A stretch of DNA of 64,000 bases, taken from Promethearchaeota archaeon. Its GTDB lineage: Archaea > Asgardarchaeota > Lokiarchaeia > Sigyniarchaeales > SOKP01. The notes beneath the pieces were generated by a model. The model was not told the origin of the DNA. It made no database searches and was given only the letters and a program-made list of their open reading frames with translations. Each line of letters opens with the position of its first letter. Within the stretch, counting starts at the first letter, position 1. The translations under genes were made by a program, and so were the position numbers. The stretch covers positions 1 to 64,000 of the forward strand of contig JAHPZA010000001.1 of NCBI GenBank assembly GCA_019058445.1. The letters are read 5' to 3'. Shown here piece by piece: positions 51,350 to 60,900 of this stretch.

Positions 51350-52023
51350 TCAAAATAATCAGTTATTTTTTTACTTCCAACTTCTTCACGTAGGATTTTT
51401 TTTGTGGTTTCCCAGGTTGTTCTCACAAAGTATGGCACTTTTTTATTCTTTCTAATCCATTGCTTAAGAAAATCAGTAGTTCTTTTATCAGAGGGATATC
51501 CGGAGCCTATATCTCCATATTTCTGCTTTAACTTATCGATTATGGTGTCTCTAGTATCTTTAGCGATTATCGAAGCTGCAGAAACTATTGGATAAATATC
51601 ATCAGCTCTATGTTTAGAAATTATATTTGTTGGTTTATAGTGTAATAACATTTTTATAGCGTTTCCAAATCTTTTTTCATTTACATCTGCCGCATCTACA
51701 TAAATGACATCAGGTTGTAGTTTATTAATAATCTCTGCCATTTTTAATTCTTCTAATCGATTTAAGGTAATTTTATCTTTTTCTCGGTTATCAATTTCTT
51801 TCGCAGAAACTATTATAACCTCAAAAGAATGACAGTTCTGTTTAATTATTTGGGTTAACTGAGCCCTTTTTTTAGGGGAGAGTTTTTTAGAATCTCGTAC
51901 TCCAATTTCTTTTAAAATAGTAATTTTAGATTCATTAAAACAAACACCACATATAACGAGCGGTCCGATGACTGGTCCTCTGCCAGCCTCATCAATTCCG
52001 CATACAAGATTAGCTTTCTTCAA
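51346..52023 (-). CDS. rnhB: Ribonuclease HII
   Basis: GIDEAGRGPVIGP, DSKKL, D.AD, H.AD, SAASIIAK..RD, GSGYPSD. Confidence 0.95.
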   Translation of the reverse strand: MKKANLVCGIDEAGRGPVIGPLVICGVCFNESKITILKEIGVRDSKKLSPKKRAQLTQIIKQNCHSFEVIIVSAKEIDNREKDKITLNRLEELKMAEIINKLQPDVIYVDAADVNEKRFGNAIKMLLHYKPTNIISKHRADDIYPIVSAASIIAKDTRDTIIDKLKQKYGDIGSGYPSDKRTTDFLKQWIRKNKKVPYFVRTTWETTKKILREEVGSKKITDYFD

Positions 52024-53038
52024 ATAATTCCACGAAATCCTTTTCAGTATCCATCTTTTCTAAATCTTTTAATTTAATTACAGGAACTTTAATATTATCA
52101 CTGGTTAATCTTATTTTATGATTTGATAATTTAAAATCATCATTCACAATGAAAAACGCGTTTTTATGAAAAAATTTCGCAAACGATCTAAGATGATGAA
52201 GGTTTAATTTTGCAACTTTTGTAGTGTCTTGGGAAAGTCCAGATAACACCGGATAAAATTCATCACCGGTATTTAAAACGTAATTATTCGAAGAAATGGA
52301 AAATTCAAAAGGGAGTTGTCCTTTCTTATACCAAATGGTTGAAACTCCAATATCCTCAAAAATATCTTGAAGATGTGATTCAACATCAGTAAGGTCTCGT
52401 TTTTGGGATTTTTCTTCTTGAATGAAGTTCACCTTAATTTGCCATTCGAATACGTTAATTTTTCTAAAAATTGTTTTGTCATCAAGGATTTGGAGTATTT
52501 TCTCAGCAATTTTTTGAGAAGGACGCATCGTTTCATTTTCATAAGAACATAGAGTTCGTTTTGTGACTCCTAACTGTTCAGAGATTTCCTTTCGAGATAT
52601 ACTTTTTTGTTCTCTTATAGATTTCACTAAATTTCCATCAAGGAAAATAATTTTTCCTCCTTTTCTACTCAAGCATGTAGGGTAGATATTACTATTCAGA
52701 ATCATAGATATTGTTCTACTTGAGATAAATGGCAGATCTTCTCGTAGATATATAGTATTATCTTCTAGTTTATTGTAGCGATTCTTGATTCCAATTAGTA
52801 ATGGATGACAGTCCAATAACATACATAAATTCTTTAAATTTTCAATGACAGATTCATTTAAATTATCGATATTAGGAAAAACTTTTACTAAATAAATCAA
52901 GTTATTCTTTTTTATTAAAAAGTCAACACAAAACTTAGTTTTCTTATTTAGTATATCATGAAAAGTTAAAATTTCATAGTTATTTTTCTTAAATAAGGAC
53001 TCAAGACCTTGAAGAATATTATCTACCATTATTTCCAT
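52010..53038 (-). CDS. Archaeal XRE-type HTH transcriptional regulator (COG1395-like)
   Basis: KV..NID.L, PL.IG, LED..IY.R, then HTH DG...K..RE...SR......LGV..RT...YE. Confidence 0.8.
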   Translation of the reverse strand: MEIMVDNILQGLESLFKKNNYEILTFHDILNKKTKFCVDFLIKKNNLIYLVKVFPNIDNLNESVIENLKNLCMLLDCHPLLIGIKNRYNKLEDNTIYLREDLPFISSRTISMILNSNIYPTCLSRKGGKIIFLDGNLVKSIREQKSISRKEISEQLGVTKRTLCSYENETMRPSQKIAEKILQILDDKTIFRKINVFEWQIKVNFIQEEKSQKRDLTDVESHLQDIFEDIGVSTIWYKKGQLPFEFSISSNNYVLNTGDEFYPVLSGLSQDTTKVAKLNLHHLRSFAKFFHKNAFFIVNDDFKLSNHKIRLTSDNIKVPVIKLKDLEKMDTEKDFVELFEES

Positions 53039-53594
53039 TATGTGAATAACATAAATGAATAAAAAATTTTTCTATTTATTTCAAATTATTTTTTGAAATT
53101 GTTGTATATTTAAACTCTACAGATTTCAAATTTTTGAAATATTTCTTAAATTTCTAATTGTTAAATACACTCTTAAAATTAATATACAAAATAAATGCAT
53201 TAGACTAAGAGTAGAAGAAGTTTATAGCACAAATAAACACATCCTAAAAATTACCTATAAATTATTGCCTATTAATATTTTATGCATACTAAAATCAATT
53301 CATAGATGAATTAATCATATGATAAGGAATAATTAATAAATCTGTGAACAATTTAAAAAAACCAATTATACCTTTTCTTTGACATTCCTTCCAGATTCCA
53401 TAAGGTATCCCGTACATTGTGAAAAAACATATAGTAATGTATGGCTAAATCCCGAAGTGTGACCAAATCATCTAAGTTTGTAGTATCTACGAGCTTTTTG
53501 GAGATTTTCTAATTTTTTTTACAATAATCCTAGTAATATTTACAATGGGATTCCTAATTTTAAAAATATTTTACTATGAAAATTTGAAATATAA

Positions 53595-54701
53595 TTAATG
53601 ATTTATTACAAAATCAATGAAAAATTCCATTTGTTTTTTTATAATTTCTACAAACTTAGTTCTTATTAAATTTAGAGAATTAATATTATGAAGTACCTTG
53701 TTCCTCAGACCATAGGTCAAGAGAAAACTATTATGGATTGGGTCATTGGAACGATAATTATTGTTAAGAACATGTATTAATGTATTTTCCAGCTGAGATT
53801 CCTCAAAGTCGGCATTTATACCCCGTTCTGTATTCCAGAGATAAATATCATTACATAATTTAATGTAAATATTATATAATGTGGCATTATTGCTCAATGA
53901 ACCCCTTAATTTTAGCTTACAAGTCGATTCAATCAAAAGACAAATATCACCTATTATGCTTGCTAAAGTCAATTCACCTAAGGTTGAGTTGAAATAATCA
54001 CTCCGTATTTTAAAATATCGGTTTAACTTATACATTCTAGATGTAAAAAAACAAATGTGATCTAACCACTCCATATAATTTGAACTTATTGTAGAAGGAA
54101 TATCTAAGAAATTCGAATAGAAATCATCAAAAGAATGACTACCTAAAAATTGATTTTCTATGAACCTTACAATCGATAAAACAGCTGAATCTTGAAGAGA
54201 TCTATCTAAAGTAATTAATTGAAATGATGGGGTTCTAGGAAAATTATCTTGCCCTCTATGTTTGAGGTGATCTTCTTTTAAACTAAGGTGAATTTTTAAT
54301 AATCCATCTTCAAATTTCGCATGTTTCAATTCATATCTTCCCATATTGTAGTAAGCGGCTCCTTTATGCGTATGGACTCCTACATCATCTTCATATTTAA
54401 TAATTTTTGTTAAAAAATCAACTGTATTCCAATATAGTTTTTTACTGGGGGTTCTTTGGTAATTACAAATTAGAGAGTAAAGAATATCGTCAATTGGGGC
54501 ATAATTAACGCCAATATCGGGGAGAGGAGTTAATGCAGCTTCAAATTGCTCAACATCCCTCTTTATTGGGTGAGGAAATGAGTTATAAAGGGCATAAAAA
54601 TTGCTATCAGTTTGGTGATTTAAATATTGCTGCAAATTTTCTTTCAAATTTTCTGATTGAATATCATCTAATCCAAAACTTCTGAAATCAATATCAATCA
54701 T
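53595..54701 (-). CDS. Hypothetical protein with TPR-like segment and C-terminal HEPN-like RxxxxH motif
   Basis: HKGAAYYNMG TPR-like helix; LLIE helix; GLRNKVLH. Confidence 0.6.
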   Translation of the reverse strand: MIDIDFRSFGLDDIQSENLKENLQQYLNHQTDSNFYALYNSFPHPIKRDVEQFEAALTPLPDIGVNYAPIDDILYSLICNYQRTPSKKLYWNTVDFLTKIIKYEDDVGVHTHKGAAYYNMGRYELKHAKFEDGLLKIHLSLKEDHLKHRGQDNFPRTPSFQLITLDRSLQDSAVLSIVRFIENQFLGSHSFDDFYSNFLDIPSTISSNYMEWLDHICFFTSRMYKLNRYFKIRSDYFNSTLGELTLASIIGDICLLIESTCKLKLRGSLSNNATLYNIYIKLCNDIYLWNTERGINADFEESQLENTLIHVLNNNYRSNDPIHNSFLLTYGLRNKVLHNINSLNLIRTKFVEIIKKQMEFFIDFVINH

Positions 54702-55285
54702 TCTTAAATCTAGATTATAAATTATATCTTTTAATTAATATTTTACCTATTCATAATTTATACATTTGAGAAAAAGACCTTCAGTCTTTCGAATTGTTAA
54801 TTACCACAAAATCCATATTCCCCTTTATATGTAAAATATCACCTATCGCGGAATGAATAAGAAGATATTATGAAGTATAAATGGATCTATTAAACTGATG
54901 ATGGTAAAACAAAAAAAGCAAAAAGGAATCATAATATTTTGCAATTAATCATCGTATTTCTTTATTCATTACTAAATGGATATTCATTTATAATAGTATA
55001 AAATATTAAGGTCAAAATTGTTCATAGATGTATGAACTATTACAATAAAACATTTCATCCTTCTATGATTTATTGTATAATCTCATCCCACAAATTTATA
55101 TGCCTTACTTCTATTTAACATTTAAGAAAGAATCAAATAATTCAGTCTTACATTGGATTTCGCTCTGTTAAGACTTTTTTGGAAGCTTAACACTCTCTCT
55201 TTTTTGCATTTTGGATTGGATTTGGATTCCTTTCTTTTCCTATTTTTTAATTAGAATTTATTTAAATAATATTGGATTTTAAAAA

Positions 55286-55417
55286 GGGCGACTCCTTGCC
55301 ACGCAACCTCAATACAAGGTCAAAAAATAAATAGGGGGAGGAGGGCAAAATCAAAGTGTATTTTCATACACTAACCAAAAGACAAAAATCCAGGGTGTGG
55401 CAGGAGTCATAGTTTTT
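55286..55417 (+). ncRNA. Candidate end-paired structured RNA (copy 1)
   Basis: GACTCCTTGCCACGC pairs with GTGTGGCAGGAGTC (G-U pair favours + strand); internal hairpins ACCT/AGGT and AGTGTAT/ATACACT; TTTAAATA at 55261-55268; T5 run at 55413. Confidence 0.55.
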
Positions 55418-55759
55418 GGTCTAACAATAATAATCTACAATAGTATTTATAAACTCTTAAGTGAAAATATAATATGGATTGGCAATATTCATTCCTCAGG
55501 TAAAATATTCCTTCTTTTTATTTACTAAATGAGAAATAAAGCAATATCATTTTACAACTTAAAAGTTATTCAATAGATAATATTAAAGTTCTTATTTCCT
55601 TAATAGCTCTTATAATTTTGAATTAGAAAAGCAAAAAAATATTTATTTACTTAAATATAATTTTGTAAAGCCATTTATTATATGAATACATAAAAAAAAT
55701 CCATCCAATTTAAAAATATTGAAATCTATTGTAAACAATACAAATGAAGTGATATTATT

Positions 55760-56869
55760 ATGATATATCCAGAAACGATTGAAGTAAGCGATGTTAAAAG
55801 GATAGAGAGTCATGCTAATATAATATTATTGCCATCGGAGTTTTATAAATTTATAAATATTGAAGGTTTTAAAACTGTGTTTTTCAAGAACAGAGAACTA
55901 TTTGTGTTTAAAGATGGTGTATATATTGGGACACCGATATTAAATAATTATAAAACCTATGAGGAACTCGCAATAAAAATTGAATCGTTGCTGGAAAAAG
56001 GATTTAAAACACCCATTGAAATTTTAGAAGGATATCTTTTTGACTTAGAGGATTATAATTTATATTTAGAATTTAAGGAGAGTAGCTTTAAAAGATCGGT
56101 TTCACTTTCCGGAAATTTAAGAAATATAAACCGATCTGATTTTTCCCGTGAATATGAACTATTTTTAGAAGCTAAAAAATTTGGAAGTACTGAAAGAAGT
56201 ATTTTTCAAGAAGCTAAGAATGTTGGAATCCCCACATTTGAAGAATATACCAAATTCAAAGAGAGTGATTTTTACTATGGAACTCCTTCAAATTTTAATA
56301 GAAATAAAAATACTTATATTGAAAAGTATAGGGAATTCGTAGGAGCATCAAAAGGGGGTTTTATATCAAGAGATCAATATCTTGAAGCTAAAATGAAGGG
56401 ATTTAGCAATAAAGAAATTTATGATAAATTTATTAAAAGTGGTTGTAAAACTAAACAAGAATATGAAAATTATTTACCTTACATTGAAGATTTACCGAAA
56501 ATACTTGAACCAATGGGAGAAGATATCTTACATACTTTAAGAGAGGCAGATGAATTTTATAATAGTAAAAAATATGGAGAATTTTATAAAAAAAGGTATT
56601 TAATAATAGAAAACATTTCTAAAAGAGCTTGTGAAGAAATTCTTCAAAAAAGACCTAAAAATACAGTAATTGAGGAAATTTTGAATGAATTAGAATTAAC
56701 CACTAAGACTAAAATTGTAAATAAAGATAAAATGAAAAAGTATAGAGAATTGAGGAATGATGTAACTCATGAATTAAAGAATCCAATCACTAGAGAAATT
56801 GCAGATAATGCACGTACTTTTTTTGATGAATTATATACCAACTTAAAAGTCACACTTGAGAAAAATTAA
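55760..56869 (+). CDS. Repeat-containing protein with C-terminal HEPN-like domain
   Basis: Approximately 13-aa repeats EAxxxG(F/I)xxxxxY; LIIE helix; ELRNDVTH. Confidence 0.65.
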   Translation: MIYPETIEVSDVKRIESHANIILLPSEFYKFINIEGFKTVFFKNRELFVFKDGVYIGTPILNNYKTYEELAIKIESLLEKGFKTPIEILEGYLFDLEDYNLYLEFKESSFKRSVSLSGNLRNINRSDFSREYELFLEAKKFGSTERSIFQEAKNVGIPTFEEYTKFKESDFYYGTPSNFNRNKNTYIEKYREFVGASKGGFISRDQYLEAKMKGFSNKEIYDKFIKSGCKTKQEYENYLPYIEDLPKILEPMGEDILHTLREADEFYNSKKYGEFYKKRYLIIENISKRACEEILQKRPKNTVIEEILNELELTTKTKIVNKDKMKKYRELRNDVTHELKNPITREIADNARTFFDELYTNLKVTLEKN

Positions 56870-57029
56870 TATAAACAATCCTTTTTAAAAAAGAAAAACA
56901 GCTTTTATTCCATTCTCCTTGATAATTAAAGTCCCATCGTAGTCCCACTCTCATTTCTAACGGGATTAAGAAAAGAATAAAGAAAGTTTTTCTATTAAAA
57001 ATAGAAAGTCATAAAAAATAGTTAAAAAA

Positions 57030-57710
57030 TTACTGTCTAAAATTTATTTTTAGAATGTCTGAGAAATCTAATTTTTGGTTTAGATTTCCCCGAAAATATT
57101 TTCTTCTAGTGTAATTATGCTTCCAATATTTTCTAAGGTTCTCTAAAAATTTATCTATAATTTTAACTCCATTTTCAGGAATAATATGTCCTGGAAAAGC
57201 TCCAAATAAATCTGGTCGAAAAAATTCACCTTCTTTAAAAGAATGCTTTTCAAAATAACCTCTCTTATGCAGTATATATTTTTCTCCATTAATATAGAAA
57301 TTTACGTGAAAATGAGTTTTATTATTACTAAATAGTCCTAAAAATTTTCCACACTCACTATAATTTTGGACAAGAATATCACTATAAAAATATTTATCAA
57401 TTCGGTTCTTTTTAAGAACCTCAATTATTTTTACTCGCTCTGAATCATCAAAACTTTCATTCTTCAGTTTATGATTCGCTATTATAGTTTTATATTCATA
57501 AAAGATTAATTTTTCAATAATTTCATAATAATTCCTAACTCGTTTAGTTAAGAGCCGATCATCCATAAAATGATCCCAAAACACGATTCCTATGGCGATA
57601 ATACCAATAATTCCACTGATATAATATAACAAATTAAATAATATTCCTAAAACAATTGAACATATAACAAGTATTATAAGAAATAATGGAGAAACATTTT
57701 CTCTTTTAAT
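57030..57710 (-). CDS. 2TM membrane protein of unknown function (N-terminus extended beyond track ORF)
   Basis: Frame is open upstream of 57632 to ATT at 57710, adding a hydrophobic helix; GGGTGA SD-like sequence upstream. Confidence 0.5.
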   Translation of the reverse strand: MKRENVSPLFLIILVICSIVLGILFNLLYYISGIIGIIAIGIVFWDHFMDDRLLTKRVRNYYEIIEKLIFYEYKTIIANHKLKNESFDDSERVKIIEVLKKNRIDKYFYSDILVQNYSECGKFLGLFSNNKTHFHVNFYINGEKYILHKRGYFEKHSFKEGEFFRPDLFGAFPGHIIPENGVKIIDKFLENLRKYWKHNYTRRKYFRGNLNQKLDFSDILKINFRQ

Positions 57711-57930
57711 GAACCTTCACCCTTTTAGATACACAATTATATTTTCTAATTTTCAAGGATATAAAGAAAACACACCTATTTAAATGTAGTAAGAAGGATG
57801 TTTATTTGTATTGAAGTCTATTAATCAATAAATAAGTATATTAAATATTATTAACATGAAATTCTATTCTTGATATAATAAATGTTATTTTATCACAAAA
57901 TCATTTTTCACATGATAAAATCCAGAAATT

Positions 57931-60900
57931 ATGACTAATCCAACAATTTATGAAGTCGCCAGCAAATTAAAGCCATCATATAAGTATATTGATTTTAGAG
58001 CAGCATATTATAAAGATGAAAATAATAATTTGAAGCATATTGTTTCAGTTTTCAGATTTACTAATAAAGAGTGGGATGATATCGATTTAATCCATACTAA
58101 CTTAAAAGCAAATTTTGAGAATAGCGATTTATTTCATATTGAATTCGAGATTTTATCACTTGATCAATGGGAAAGCAAATGGAACGAAATTAATGATATG
58201 CTTTTAAGTATTCAGAAAAATTTTAATTTAAATCAATTAAAATTAGATAAAAATATAAGAAATAGGAGATATACTCCTTGGATTTCAGAAAATGATTTAG
58301 AATTTAACTCTATCCAATTTAATATATTGATAGAAAGTCCCCAAGCTCATCATAATAAATTCCAATTTCTATTAGGTCATGAAGATTTACGTAGTAAGGG
58401 ATATGAGTCTATATATCCAATTATTTCCAAAGAATTACAAATAAAAGAATACAATATAAACACTCCTTTATATTCAACCTTTATTTTTCCAATATATTCA
58501 AATATTTCTAATTTAAATTTTACAAATAGATATCTTGTAGGTGATATCGAATTTAATGAAATTTATCAAAACTCTCGTATTTTTATTGAATATTATCTTA
58601 GAGGGCAATCAATAGGAAGAATTGGAGAATTTTTAATAGAAGACCGTAAGGATGAGATCCAAGATGAAAACTCCATACTGAATAAGAAATTACATTTCAG
58701 AATATTTATAGATCAGAAAGAACTTGAAAATGAACCACTTAATTCTCTATTATTAATAAAATTTTATTTTCAGCCGTTAAACTTGAATGTATTAGAATAT
58801 GAATCCTATTATGATTCTATAAGAACACAGATTAAAAATATAGACATATTACCTCAAGATCTCCTAAAAGTTATAAATCCTATATTAGAATTCAACCTTA
58901 TAGAAAGAAGGGAGTTTCATGAAAAATCTAAGAAATATATAAAAGAATTAAACTTGGGAGAAATAAAACTAAAATTCCAAATTTTAAAGTCAAATATTGA
59001 ATGGCTTGAAAACAATGAAAATAAAAAGATACTCAATGATTTTTTTATAAGCGCTGCCAATCAAAATAATGTAGGATATTTCAATGTGTTCCGAGAATTA
59101 ATAATATTTATATTTGATAGCACCATTAAGCAGAAACTCATTGAAGATAATGATTTAATTTCGAGAATAAATGATTTTATCATCCAGTTTAATATTATTG
59201 CTTCATATGATTATAAATTATATTCCTATAATGAATCTTTAGAAAAGATTCATGATAAAATAAAATACATTTATGATAAATATTTTAGGAGAGAGCCAAA
59301 ATGTCACTCAATAGTAGATAACTATTTTTTAGAAACTTACAATATTGAATTTCCAAATTTATTTTTAGAATGTCATTATGCAATAACAGAAGATATGGAT
59401 TGTGTAGTACATCTGATTTACAATAATCCTAAACATTTCGATTATAATAATATTTATATACATTTTTGGATTTTTACAGGTAAAAATAAAGAAAACATCT
59501 GGGCAGATCTAGATAAAAATACACTTGGGAATATTAGTAGGTTTATTAATGAAATACTTAATTTACATTTGATTGAACTCAAATCAAAGATTGATATTCC
59601 CTATCAATTTAAAATTGGACCGTCTATTAAAAAAGAGCAATTGTCTGAGGAAGATTTATTATGGATAAAACAAGATCGATTTTCTCTTGTAAAATGGAAA
59701 TTTGAGGGAAAAGATTATGATTTTAAAAGGTTTAATATATTTGTTGGTAAAAACAATAGTGGCAAAACTTATGCCTTAGAAAAAATATATTTAGAAAGGG
59801 AATCATTAAAAATAGATAATCCTTCAATTAGAGATAATTTTAAGGACAATTACAGACCTCATGAATCAATTGAGTTTTTCTTTATTCCGAAATCTAGAGT
59901 TTTAGATAGTCATATAGGAAAAAGAAAGAATCCAATAAATGCTCTTATCAATTTTTTTCAATCATTAGATAAGCTAAAAAGCAATCCAATATATGAGAAT
60001 ACTCAAGCGAAAGAATTTAGCGAACAGTATGAAGATTATAGGATGAGTAACATTTGGAAAATCCCTAATTTTTTACAGTTAATTGATTTATGCTCTTACG
60101 ATTATAAAAATGATTCCCGACTAGAATCTGGGGATATTCAGCTAATTAACAGCAATCAGGGAGAGATTTTATTTAGGCATTTGGAAAAGACTTATCAAAA
60201 ATGGGTTGACAAAATTGAGCATTTTTTCCCAGATATTCGAATTAATCGTGTAAAAGATAAAGGGGTTGAGGGTGATATTCAAATAGAAATAGAAGATAAA
60301 GTTTTAAATCGCAAAATCTATAATTGGGAAGAATACGGTTCTGGAACCCACGAATTATTTAATTTGATTTTTCTTATTGAATTTTTAAAATGTGTTCCTG
60401 CGATTAATTCCAATCAATTCAAATTATTACTAGCAAATCAATTAGACTTAACAAATAAATCAGATTATTTTATTGCACCAGTCAGAAATAATCGTGTAAT
60501 ATTAATTGATGAACCTGAAATTAGCCTGCATCCTTCACTTCAAAAGGATTTTTTTCAGTATTTATATGACTCATCTCAATTAATTCAAATATTTATCGCA
60601 ACGCAATCGTCTCATTTCCTTGAGATTAGAGGATTTGAAGAAAAACTGAATAAAGATATAGCTGTTTTTTTATGCAAGAAAGAATCCAAATTATCCAACA
60701 AATTTTTAAAAATCCCAATAAATAAATTAAATTACATTAAAATAATTGATGAGATTTTTAATTATAATCCCCTAGATACAGCCTTTTACCTTTCTAAAAA
60801 TAATTATCAGCACCTTTTAAATGCAGATTTCGAAGTATTCGAATTGGATATGATAAAAAGATTACAAAGTAATAGATCAGATTACGACTCTAATTTTAAT

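Noticed and set aside
53290-53510. Open minus-strand frame (KISKKLVDTTNLDDLVTLRD...) at the island boundary
   Set aside because: Lacks a proper start and any recognisable family; a possible pseudogene fragment only.
55351-55410. 19-codon minus-strand ORF MTPATPWIFVFWLVYENTL as a type I toxin
   Set aside because: Very short and overlaps the stem; the G-U pair and promoter position favour a + strand RNA. It cannot be fully excluded.
55286-55417. Retron msr-msd (terminal inverted repeats) or c-di-GMP riboswitch (GGCAAA)
   Set aside because: No reverse transcriptase is in the window and there is no long msd hairpin; the rest of the riboswitch consensus is missing.
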